Shown: one piece after another, positions 1-11,726 of the stretch | How positions within the stretch are numbered: the stretch's first letter is position 1 | Layout of the letters: each line of letters begins with the position of its first letter | Assembly: GCA_000165425.1 (NCBI GenBank) | Contig: CT868662.1 | Location: 186,001 to 250,000 of the forward strand | Length of the DNA: 64,000 nucleotides | Direction of reading: 5' to 3' | DNA from: Paramecium tetraurelia | Lineage: Eukaryota | The notes under the pieces: generated by a model | What the model was told of the DNA's origin: nothing | The model's input: only the letters and a program-made list of their open reading frames with translations | The model's database searches: none | Made by a program: the position numbers and the translations under genes

Positions 1-421
1 AAATCCTTCATTTCCAGAATCAATCTATTAATAGTAAATGTAATTTCATACAAAGCACACTTTAAATGGTGTAATGACTGCTGTTGCCAATAATAAAAAT
101 ATCAATAACATATTCCAAAACTGTTTTAAATTATTCATCTGGGTAAAATACATATACCTTCTTTTCTTCTTGATTTGATTTAAAAACCTCATCCTCAATC
201 AAATCCATATGATCATCTTGTCTAATTGCTCCATAAATCTTAACTCTATTCTGAAAGGATCTCATAATGCCGATAAAATAAGATGCCAGAAACACTCTTC
301 TCCAAACAGAAACTAGTCTTTGCTTCTTCCCTTCATCTAGCTTCTTATAAAACGAGAAGTTCTAAAGAAAATCTAACTTCCTGAAGAAGACATTAAAAAC
401 AGTGATTTATGAATTATTCAT
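1..421 (-). CDS. Cyclic-nucleotide-gated/EAG-family cation channel, N-terminal part (continues beyond window start)
   Basis: ATG at 421 (MNNSQITVFNVFFRK...) leads to an S1-like segment WNMLLIFLLLATAVITPFKVCF typical of ciliate CNBD channels. There is a 27-nt GTA..TAG intron at 51-25, and a 1-nt frame offset near 115-157 needs either a 19-nt intron or an indel. Confidence 0.65.
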
Positions 422-479
422 AATAATTATTTAGAATCACCTTCATTATAACTAAAATCGATGATATGACAATATATAA

Positions 480-1971
480 TCAATTCTAATAGGAACTCTA
501 TCTGACCCTTTATGCCATCTCTGGAGGTAACTTATTTGGAGGTCCTTGTTTTGATCCAAATTCTTTTTGATGGGTTTAATAGTCATTTCTACAATATCCT
601 AATTAAAAGTGATGTGTTCTCAAATCCTAAAAGATGTATGAACAATAAACTTACTTTTTTCATTTCTGCATCCATTTTACTTGGTTGTCCATGAGGATTC
701 TTGAATTATGCCTTTGCCACTGATTCAGTTGTGTCTTCATCAGTTCCAAACTTAAAGTGATGTTTCCTTAACTCAGCTTAGACTTCTTCCTGCAATTTTC
801 CTGGCTTCGAATGAAAATCTCTGAACCTAGCTTAAGCCTCACTCTAATAACTCAATTTATCATTTCCAATCATGATATTCTTGGAATTATCCACTATTGG
901 ATTAACTTTCTCAGCCTTTTATCCATCAAATTATTGATTATATGTGCTTTTATAATGTTCTTATACGGTAGGTCTCGACAACTTCATCTTTAAGATCAAA
1001 ATGGAATTTGATTGAAAAATTATGGGATTCCTAACCTATTCTTATTGTCCTTTTCTATCTGAGAACTAAGATCTGTAAGCTGATTGATAGTTGACAGCTT
1101 ATTCATTTCCTACTTGAAAATGAGTAGCTCTCAAGTCTTTTAATTGTGCCTCATTTAATATGGATCTATCACCTTGATTGCCTACATGAGAAGCCTTAGC
1201 TTAACTTGTGTATTCGACTCTGTCTGTACCCATAGTTATGTGTGTATTTCTAACTAATTGTTAGGTTTTGTCTTGAAAATTGTTCACTTACGCCTAGGGT
1301 TTACCATATATAGCTTAATTCTGAGTTGTGTAACCATTGCCATCTCTTCCCATCACCAAATTGGTTTTTCTTAATTGAACATTCATTTCTGCCATTCTTT
1401 CTTTTGAGTATCCCTGTCCTAATAAAGCCTTGTCATATTGTTTGTTATGCACAGTATCGTACATTGAGGAGTAGTAATTATTCGTGTCCCCAAAGTCGTG
1501 ATGATGTTTACGTAAATCTGCATTATCAGCCTTCTTGAAATTGTTTTTGCCTTGATCTGCAAAATTCTATTCGTATTCAGTTGGCTTATTGTAATCGTGA
1601 TAACCTAGTTGGAAATGATGAGATCTCAAATCTTTTTTTGTCTCATCGCTCAATTTAGCAACAGCTGCACTTTAGGGTCTTTAATAGTCAGATTTTTATA
1701 TGGACTCCAATTTAGGTTTGTCATCTCCCAAGTGAAAATGATTCTATTGTAGTTTAGGAGGTTGTATGGGCTACTACGGTTGCAGTTATTCTAACTTCTA
1801 ATCCTTCTCCACAACAGATGTCATTGGTCTCACTTTGGCTGCCTTCTACATTGGCATGGGTTGTTTGGCCACGGATTGATGGTTTGTGTCCTCATCAAAT
1901 CCAAAGTGAAAGTGAGCCTTCCTCAATTCTTAAACATGTTTTAGTCTCTCAGCAGTTGCATTTGAACTCAT
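480..1971 (-). CDS. Repeat protein with LRxxHFxLG motifs, probable axonemal microtubule-inner protein (SAXO5/TEX45-like)
   Basis: Table-6 ORF MSSNATAERLKHVQELRKAHFHFG... to TGA at 480, with a 28-nt intron at 654-627. Repeats include LRKAHFHFG, LQQNHFHLG, LRSHHFQLG, LRKHHFKFG and LRTHHFQLG. The family assignment rests on motif recall only. Confidence 0.7.
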
Positions 1972-2251
1972 GTTATAAATAATTTAATCTGTTATTCAAA
2001 GAATATTAAATTATGTTAACTAAAATCTTATTATATAAGTCATTTGTTACACCACTTCTAGAGAGAGACAGTACCATTTACATGCTTCCCTTAATTAAAT
2101 TCAAGTTAAAATATATTTAATATCAAATTCTATTGATGAATGTAAGATTTTTATATTTTATTTGTTCAATAAATTAAACAAAAATAAATGACATCATCTA
2201 CTTCACTTATATACAAACAACAGTATTTCTTATATATATCATTAAAATTAA

Positions 2252-3361
2252 ATGCTTAGAATCATTTTGGCATTCTCCATAATATTTTAGTCTCTCTGCA
2301 CAAAATCAATCCTCATCCTAAGACATGGAGCTCGAGATCCCCAAGTTTGGACTGAATTCGATCAACTCTATCTGTGGACTAATCCCATTAAAATCTTAAC
2401 TCAGAAAGGAGTCGATTAATTGATAGAGGTTGGCACTTAATAATAAAGATAATCAATTTTTGACTCTTAAGGCAATTGCATTTATGAGATGTTAGAGATT
2501 CAATCATCAAAAACAGCTAGGTGTACTTCTTCCACTGTTTGTTTCATAATTGGATTGTGTCCTAAAAACTACAAAGAAATTCTACATAGATTTTTTAGCG
2601 AATATTACTCAAACAGGGTCTTGAGTTAAAAGAAGTTTTAAAAAATTTTAGAATCTGATTTCTCGGATCCCTTGTCTCTCGATTACGATATATTTGATAC
2701 CACAGGAGATTTCATGTTCCAAGGTCATAAAACAAAACAGTGTCCCAATTTAAAACCAATTAATAGCAATGTTCAAAATAGCAAACAATACAAAAACAAA
2801 GAAAAAGAATTTAAACAAATGGATTAACTAAACGGAGTGTATGAAATTATGGTAAAAGCCTATCCTAGTAAAACTATTGATAAAAGTGCACTTACCTTAA
2901 CTGATGTTGATGATATTTATGATGATACATTTTGCAATTAATTTGAAGGATTCCTCTTTCCCAATCCCTCATTGTCTACCTATAATTACATGGGAGATGT
3001 TGTTAAGTTCCTCAAATACTTTGGACAAAATTCAGAGATGTTTCAGCATTAAGCCTCTCTTACAGAGCCATTTAAATGGATCATTTCATAATTTTACTCT
3101 CAAGAATAGTTTAGTGTCTATATTGGTACTGAATCCAACTAATTTGCTATGCTTTCAGTTTTAGTTGACGAGCAGTATCTAACACCATTTGCCTCAGAAT
3201 TGGAATTTATTATAAAAGGGAATATGGTTTATATCTACTTCAACAAAGTCTAACTGAAAACCAAAATGTGTGAAAGTGGTTATTACTGCACCATTGATTA
3301 GGTTGTTCAATTCATGCATTAATACATTGTTCAGGACGTTAGATAACTATGTGGACTTTGA
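2252..3361 (+). CDS. Secreted histidine acid phosphatase family protein
   Basis: Intronless 370-codon ORF with a signal peptide (MLRIILAFSIIF), RHGARDP, LTQKG, SSKTARC (conserved Arg) and a C-terminal PFASEL motif. Confidence 0.85.
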
Positions 3362-3423
3362 ATTTATATTTTATTATAATTTGAAAAATTAATAAATTTA
3401 TTAAATTATTTAGTCTTTATAAT

Positions 3424-5703
3424 TCAATGATAATATTAATCAATAAATTAAATAAAAATTTGTGTTTGAAAAAATTGTTTCCAAATTACTTGATCAGAAT
3501 TTACTGTTCCCATATTTTACAATGTCTTTTAGGCTATTCTCTCATAATCTAGTAATACTTTATTAATAGCTTTTGAAGTTTAATAAGTATTCTATCTAAT
3601 TGGTTCTATTGGAATATTTCTTATTACTCTTGCATGAAACAACTAATTAAAAATTTACAGACATTAACTGTAGTTACTATGATTTGACTAACATTTTTAA
3701 AAGTACGAATCTAACCTTCCCAAAAGATGAGCCATTAATTCGGCTGATAAAAGTGGAATTTAATCTGTGTTTCCAAATTATATCTATTATTTGCTATCCA
3801 AATTAATAAAAATAGCATTCTAAAACTTATTAATAATCCCTTGACTATATAGAATAGAGAAATTCTAGATTATACAAGAATACTTACACATTCTATGCCT
3901 GCAATTATTGGCACAGGACTTCCTAAATATGCAATATTTTCCAAAGGCAAGTTACTAATTATTGGATGAATCCATGCAAATGGTTTAAGTAAGTACTTTT
4001 AACACAGTAAACATGCTGCAGTTGATAAATAAGGCGATTTGCTAACAAAAACAATTGATTTCTCAATTAAACAACTTAAAAAGATTTTAATCAAACTTTA
4101 AGAATCTAATTTCTTAAATAATTGTGGAATTCCCTAATATTTCAAATATCAATACCCATTAAATATTATCATTTTCGCTTATTTTTAATTCTTGATTATT
4201 AATTGTAATGAAATTTGGGTAGTTCTTTTAAGATAACTGTGATAATATCCTCAAACATATTTAAGCAATATTCTTATCAAAGTAATTTGAATCTGCTAAC
4301 GAAATGTTGTTTGTTCTCGAATAAAGGTTACTTCTCATGGATTTTAACTAAGATAAAATTACAATTAGGATTTGCTGATAAAAGTCAACTAAACATTTGC
4401 TGGTTGTAAAACAAATTGCTCTTTTGCTAAATCTGACCTACAATGGGCTTAAAACTGTAAAATCATTGTAACGATAACAAATATGATATTTTAATTATTG
4501 TTTCTCAGTTTACTTGGTCAGAATAACAAAACAATTGGGGGAATCTATCTGATAATTATGATTCATCATTAAGTTGATGTCTTCCAAACTAAAAGCCAAA
4601 GGAAGAACTATAGGTTTGCATCCGTCTGGTAATATGAATTTGGAAATAGAGAGAATTTGTTATTGATTTTCTAGCTTGACTATAAATGTTTACTAAGTTG
4701 ATTGTATGAATAAATCACTTATGGTTCATTTTATTGTTCTTATCCTAATCCTAAAATGAATAAATCATCAAACAACTATTCATTGTTAACTCTTGCATTA
4801 TTAGTAGTAGCAGTTTATATATCAAAATAATCTAAAGCCTTTTGCCTTACTTATTAAGTAGATTGTCTAAATTGAGAGATATTAAAATTGTTGCTATTTT
4901 AAAGAGGAGCTTTTAATTTAATCTTCTAGCCTGAACTCTAAAATTATTCCACTCTGCTATCGCTAATTGCAGGTTCTGAATTCTCATCTATATTGCAATC
5001 TTCATCAGAGGAGACATTTTGAATAAATATTGATTATTTTTGACTTTTAAGCAATTAAACTTCTTGTCTACTAAATTCTAACTACTATTCAAGTGCTTAA
5101 ATATAACAATCCTTTTCATACAATAATTATAGTAATTGCCTTTAAGATAAGTGATCCATAAGAAAAATATATATTTATTAAAATACTCAAATTTAAATCG
5201 AAATCCCATTAGTCGTTGGTTAACTATTTTCAAATTAACCTAAAAATATAATCACTATATTTTAACCTAAAAATGAATTCTTCCTCTATTTAAAACTACT
5301 AAAACGATTAGTCTTATTATTTATAGATGTTCATTTTAAAATGTATTTTTAGTAATATCCTTATCATTGACGTTTTTTCGTTATTGGTGATCTTACAAAT
5401 AAATTGATATTCTCCTTTTCGAAAGAGCAATCCAAGACTTTGACTTCAATTAAGTGATTACTCTCTTGTAATATAGAAAATTCATTCTTTTTTACAGGGT
5501 CAAGCTAAAATATCATAGAAAGTACGTTTAGGAAATCAACTGAGTAAAATTAGGTAAGTACAGTTTTACATCATAAAGTAATATTTTGGAGATGTAGGAA
5601 GTAATGATTAATTGTTCTTTATTAATAATATATTATAATCATTTTATATAAAGCAGACATGATCTTAATGAATATCTTATAATTATTTCTCTTCATTCTC
5701 CAT
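3424..5703 (-). CDS. DENN-domain protein (Rab GEF family)
   Basis: Core DENN motifs LIEKSIVFVSKSPYLST, LLKPFAWIHPIISNLP and YLGSPVPIIAG, and a dDENN end WKQFFQTQIFIQFID followed by TGA at 3424. The start at 5703 is less certain. Confidence 0.85.
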
Positions 5704-5829
5704 ATTAAATAACATATTTTTCTAACTCTAATAGTTCATTTTTGTTCTTCTTAGTAACTATAAATTGAATTCTATCTCTTTTTGATGAAATAAATTCATT
5801 TTTAATATTATTAATTTAATTATAAATCC

Positions 5830-6211
5830 ATGTCTGATACTAAATTAGTTGATGAAAACTCTTTAATTGGAATAGCAGCTTCATTTTGGTAATAATATTC
5901 AGCGAAGACTCCTTAAAAATTGAAAATAATGGATGCCTTTTCTTTGTATTGCTTTATATTAGTCATAATTCAATTATTTTATTGTGCATTGGTAGGTGAT
6001 TTTCCTAGAAATTCATTTCTATCAGGGATATTTGCATCAGCAGGAGCTATGATAATTAATAGTAAGCATTAAAATGTGATAATTAGTTTGTTTAAGAAAA
6101 TAACTAAATCCTGAAACTAGATACATGGAAATTTCGAATGAGAGAGCCTTTTGGGAATATTTGGCAGCTATGGTTGTGCTGTTTTTGACTGTGATAAACT
6201 TCTTGGGTTGA
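5830..6211 (+). CDS. DAD1: Oligosaccharyltransferase subunit DAD1/Ost2
   Basis: YSAKTPQKLKIMDAF...YCALVGDFPRNSFLSG...ISNERAFWEY...VINFLG-stop, with a 25-nt intron at 6062-6086. Confidence 0.95.
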
Positions 6212-6239
6212 ATGATATTACATATATAATAGATATATA

Positions 6240-7655
6240 TCACAAATCTAAATGACTTTTATTTGGGATGAGGTAATTGGGTACATTTGCAAAATAAGGT
6301 GGAATGTTATATTACCCAGGTCCTGGTCCAACATCATTTCTATCAGTCACTCTTGATTCCGATCCGAATCTAAATGAAATAATAGTTTTCATAATTACGG
6401 GAATTTTGGTCCTGGATTGGTTTAATTGAGTTGATAATGATTAGGAGCAGGATTATCGTTGAGTTTGCTTTTCTCTCTAGCTTCAGTGCCAACTCTGCAA
6501 GACATAGGTCTGGATTTGGTTTATGAGACATTTGGATAGTAATCCAAGGGACCTGGAGTTCCATCTGGTAATCTATCAGTGTATTTTGGTCTAAGAGTAT
6601 ATCCTTTGCTTCCTCCATCTCTGCTGATGTCATAGGTTCCAGGACCTGGAACTTCTTGTTAATTGACAAGCCTTCTCTACTCTGATCCAATTTTATGGCT
6701 GGGAGGTCTTCTCTTGGTTGCACTCTAAGACTAATAATGTCCAGGTCCTGGAGTGTAATGTGCATCAAAGACTTATCTTTGTTTGGCAGTTCCCACTCTT
6801 CCACCAGGGACTGAACGTTTGGTGAAATCAGTTGAAGGATCATAATGTCCAGGACCAGGAGCAGAATCGGCTGCAGTAGGCATTCGCTTTGAACTGATAG
6901 TAGTAGCTTTGAGATTCAGATGAGATTGATGCATATATTATCCAGGTCCTGGAGTTTGGACTCTTTCTGTGAATGTAGAATCCCTTATGGCATTTCCAAA
7001 TCTATGATAAGGTCCCGATGTTGCAGGACGCATATTATACTTACCAACTCCAGGAATAAAGGGTTTGGTATCATAGAAGCCTCCTCTATTTTGATTGCCA
7101 ATTCTGGAAGCAGGTCTGCTGAGAATGGTGGAATAGTTGGTTTCGTATGCTGCAGGACCAGGACCATTTTTGAGTTCTCTTAGATTGTCATCGATTCCTC
7201 CTAATAGTGGTTTGTTCCTCATGCTATAACTGGAAGCACACTTTTGCAAAGGTTTAAAATTCGGGTTGTATGCACCAGGTCCAGCTAATTGTTAAGTACT
7301 ATTTTACGAGTGATTCCCTTGCCCACTTCTGTGTGATTTTAAAATTTAGCTCCCATTGAGAATTCAGGCTTTTTCCTTTTCTGATAATTCGATATAATAT
7401 TTTTACGATTGCTTTTTAAAGTTCATCATACTAGCCTGGTCCAGGTTGATATGCTATTTACTAGCCTATTCGATTGGCAGTTCCAATTCTAATTTTAACT
7501 GATTAAAATGTACTTCCAAGAAGGAGGCCTTTGATGGGGATATCTATCAGGGTTGTAGTTCTAAAGTATAATGTTATTCATACCCCTACTCCAGGAGCGG
7601 ATTCGACTTTTGGGGGTGGTCTTTGTTGAGATGTTCCAAAAGAATAAGCAGCCAT
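6240..7655 (-). CDS. SHIPPO-repeat (PGPGxY) axonemal protein, ODF3/STPG family
   Basis: More than ten PGPG-x-Y repeats, seen as ccaggtcctgg/ccaggaccagg on the + strand. Starts MAAYSFGTSQQRPPP, contains several tiny introns and ends at TGA 6240. Confidence 0.9.
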
Positions 7656-7683
7656 AATAATTAATAAAATTAAATTATAAAGT

Positions 7684-9104
7684 TCATTCCCATTCTCCAT
7701 AGTCTTATCCAAAAAGTCTCTTTTTAATAAATAAAAATGGTAACAAATGTGGCAAAACAAGTGCTTATATTAACTATAAAGTAAGGAGGATCACTGAGAA
7801 TACGGGTTATTTTGGTTAGATAACACTTTCTAGTTAATCTTTCCATTCCTCATCTCCATTTTTAATGTTTTCGTATACATTGATGAGCACCATCAAAAGG
7901 AAACCAAAACTTGCCAACAAAGTCAAATATGTCGATAGGTACAAGTAACTTACAATACCTCCAATCAGAAATTTACTTTGCCCTAAATTCTTTTTAATTT
8001 TCTTAAACTGTTGCTTGTCATTTGCTCCCAAAGACAATTGTAAGTTCCCTTTGGCTTCCGAACATTTTTCATGAATCAATCTTGATATCTATTGATCATC
8101 GAAATTGCATTCCTCCACATACTTCTAGAATTATTATTCGCTTGGGAAGTACTTGATCAAATTATTCTGCATTATATATAGTCTCTATTATGCCTTGAGG
8201 ATATTATCATTGTCTTGAATCAAGTCATTGCTCAAACAGTTATTGTAACTCATCAACAACACAGACACAATGCTACCAATGAACAAAAATATTATGTTGT
8301 ATAGTATAAAGAGGCATTCTGATTTGATTTAGAACCTATATATTAGTCTGCATACACCTAAGCCAAAGAAGATGAATAAAAGCACCAAAAAGATAGTGAA
8401 GATGATGGCCTTTCTAATGTGATAATACAGTAAGAGTCCTCTGTCATCTTCTTTACTTTTATCCAATCTCATCATCTCTCTTTTGGTGGACAGAAATGAG
8501 AAAGCAAATAGCAACACATAAAATTACAATCCATTGAAGATAATCCCAAATCCTAAAATAATTCCACCATGATCCTTCTCATCCTGCTTGTCATCATTTT
8601 TGAAACCTATCAAAGAGAAATACGAATTAAAGATGATATAGAAGTAAGGTTTAGTTAAAAAGAAAATTATGTATTTGAGAGATTCTAAAAACTTGTTCTG
8701 CAACATAGTACAGCATTGCCCAATAGAGAAACAACATTTGCATATGCATTTCTATTCCCAAGGACACCCTTCGCAGAAGCAATCGTAGCAATTACATATT
8801 ATGGTGCCATCGTATTCATGCAAAGTCTTTAATTCCTTTTATTCTTTAGATTATGATCTCAATGGAGATGTTGTGTTCTTTCTAGAGGGTGCATCGACTA
8901 TTTGCAAATCCAAAGTATCTAAATAAGTAAAAATAGTTTTTGCTGAAATTTATTGCAAAATTTACATAGGATATAATTGGTCATCGTTTTAATTCCAATC
9001 TCCATCTTCTTTTCTATCATGTCTCTTCTGGCCATATACAAGTAGAATGAAATCAGAATGAAATGTATTGAGAGAATAGTAGAACTTGCAATTATTTAAA
9101 TCAT
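7684..9104 (-). CDS. Multi-pass membrane protein with Cys-rich segment, unknown function
   Basis: Table-6 ORF joining several ORF-track fragments, with a 23-nt intron near 8942-8964. It has many hydrophobic helices and the segment CNCYDCFCEGCPWEQKCICKCCFSIGQCC. Confidence 0.75.
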
Positions 9105-9192
9105 AATAATAATTATATTATGATTTAATCAATGTTTAATGCTTCACATTTATATATATAATAATAGATAATTTATTAATCCCAATTTCAAT

Positions 9193-9887
9193 ATGCATAA
9201 GTAACCCAAACAAACCACTCCCAAAAATGTAATCAAATAAACTCCCCTCAACACTTAAGAAATACTCTAAAGATTAATGAAAAAAAATTCTAAATCGAAA
9301 TTACAATTAATAGATATAGCAGATGATACAAGGATTGTTAAAAATGAGAAATACGTTTCTAAATCACCTTGTTCAGGATGGCAAAGCTTTAGAAATTAAA
9401 GTTCTGAAAGAGCGATTCATAAAATAAGGCATTAATCCAATGAGGATTTGTAAAAAACTCTTAAGAAACCATGCCATCTAAATCATGTAAGCTCAATGAT
9501 TGGATTTCAATAAAAAGATTTCATTTAGAATGCAAATGCCTTTCTGAGAGAAAAGAATCTTGAAAACAAACTTGATACTTTGACCCAATAGGTCTCGAAA
9601 TTAAGGGAAAAGTCGGAATAATTGGAATTTTAGAATAAATTACTTTTTGACAATTTATAAAAGTATAAATGCGAAGGCAATCAAGTAATTTTTGGGTTAT
9701 CATGAAGGAAAGAAATGCCTTGCTTGAAAGGCTGGATCACATGATTGAAATGCAATAGAAACAGGAAGAGAATCTCTAGCACATTAAGACCTTATTCGGT
9801 GACAATTCCAGGAGAATAAAGACCCAACAATCCCAACCCAAGCAAAGGAGTTTTGGAAAATCTGCCTATATGGGATTCAATGTGTGA
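9193..9887 (+). CDS. Hypothetical coiled-coil protein
   Basis: Open table-6 frame MHKQPKQTTPK... with one 23-nt intron, ending GFNV-TGA. Confidence 0.7.
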
Positions 9888-9921
9888 AAATGTTTATATT
9901 TAAATTATCTGTTAATTATTT

Positions 9922-10852
9922 ATGAAACAACCTCAAATGCAACACAAAAGTTGGTTATAATTGCAGAGATTTGAAGAGTACGAAACGAATAAAAAAAAAT
10001 ACCTTGAAAAGGAACAAGAATTGAAATTCAAGGGTTAAGATTAAAACGCTCAACAAAAGCAAATTAATTGGATTGGAGACATACATGAAAGATAAACCCT
10101 ATTGCAGAAGGCCAAATGGAAGTGGATAGAGGAGTAGAAGAAACAGTTGGAATAGAAAAGAGAGATGCATCAATTGGAAGGAGCCACATTTCATCCGTAA
10201 ATTTTGAATAAGGATTAAAGAATACGCACTCCTGAACAATTCTATAAAGATAATATAGATTATAAAAATAAAACTGTATAAAAATCATACATCCTAAATT
10301 TAGGAAAAACAAATATAGCAATTAATTAAGTAAAAGGAAGACTCAATTAATAACAGAAGTTGTTCTCCTAAACTAAACAAAAAGTCGGTATAGATGGTTG
10401 CGCAACCCTTTTATGATAGATTGAAAGATAAATAGTTAGAGAAAGAATAGAATTTATTAAAAATTAAAAGCAGCATTACACCCTCGTTCAGTCCTTAAAT
10501 ATTTTCTCGAAACTTTTAGAGTCGCTAAACCTATCAAACTGTTCAACAATTTGCCAATTAGAATTCAAGCAAAAATAAAACATTTGAAATGGATTTGGAA
10601 AATGTTAAAAGTGATTATAAAACTTTCACATTTTTTGAAGACATAAGGAGATTCTAGCATTCCCCATCAGAAAATTGTCAATAGAATGTGGAGAAAATAA
10701 CCAAAAATCTGCTGTTATTAACTGAAAACAGTTAAATCTTAAATGCATAATAGAGTCCGTAATAATGTACGGCCAAAAAGCAATAGAGATCTGTAAGTCC
10801 TTTAAAATCGATTATGTCAAAAACCACCTAAAAAAATTACTTTAAAAAATGA
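9922..10852 (+). CDS. Hypothetical protein with TFxPxI / FYDRL motifs (ciliate cytoskeleton-associated type)
   Basis: Open frame with one 28-nt intron and the motifs ATFHPQI, SCSPKLN, PFYDRL and PSFSPQI. Confidence 0.7.
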
Positions 10853-11025
10853 TTTAATATTTTAATTATTCATTCTATTGGCTATAAATTTGTGTATAAG
10901 AATATTTGGGAAGTTCTCATTATATTTTATTTTAGGAATATGTGTGATAAATTCAAATAGTCTTGAATTCAATATGTATTTATAAATAAATTTAATCTAT
11001 AAAAAGTTAAAAGCCAACATTAAAA

Positions 11026-11376
11026 ATGGGAGCTTGTCACACCAAAAGGTCAAGAAGATAGAGCAATGAATGGAGGGCTAGTGAAAGACTCACCTCAGAA
11101 AGATTAGATTTCATTTTCTAACGGTTGTCCCTATATTTAGAACTCGTTGGAGACACTCACTCGTTAGGAGGATACTTGTAAGAAAAGATAAATGAATTGT
11201 TTTAAATAAAATAAAATCTACTCCTAGTTAAAGATCACTTAAAGAAAATAGAATTACTTCATCAAGCATCTGAAGTAATCGAATACTTGTACGATGATAA
11301 ACACTTCAGCTAGGCTTTCCCTATTTTAAGGGAAAGCTTGTATGAAATCACACAATTGACATTAGTCACAGAGTGA
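11026..11376 (+). CDS. Small hypothetical protein with putative N-myristoylation/palmitoylation signal
   Basis: Intronless 117-codon ORF starting MGACHTKRSRR. Confidence 0.7.
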
Positions 11377-11726
11377 TTTACACTAAGCGTTTTTCAAATG
11401 ATGATTTTTTGTCATTCAATAATTTTTATTCATAAAATCAATACTTAAAGCATTAAGTCTTCTAATGAGAAAATCAACTTAAAATGATTGAAATCCAAAG
11501 ATAACATGTACAGGAGTGATGAGTTATTTATATTCAATAATATTCTATAAAATTTAAGGTTGGGGTTATTAATTTTGAATATTCTTAAACCAACAGATTT
11601 TATAATATGACAATTATTACAAGAATATAATGGAGTAACTCAGACAATCGAAAAAGCTATCTTAATGATTTGGTTCAGAAATGTAATTTAAATAAATCTG
11701 ATTCATTAGTATTTTATTGAATTATA

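Noticed and set aside
6300..7450. Recurrent ccaggtcctgg-like direct repeats with variable spacers, superficially CRISPR-like
   Set aside because: They are short and degenerate at codon third positions, and they encode PGPG of SHIPPO repeats in a eukaryotic gene.
11390..11705. Box C-like RTGATGA motifs (about 11398 and 11516) and a CTGA near 11698, suggesting a C/D snoRNA
   Set aside because: The spacing is too long, no terminal stem or recognisable rRNA guide is present, and such motifs arise by chance in AT-rich DNA.
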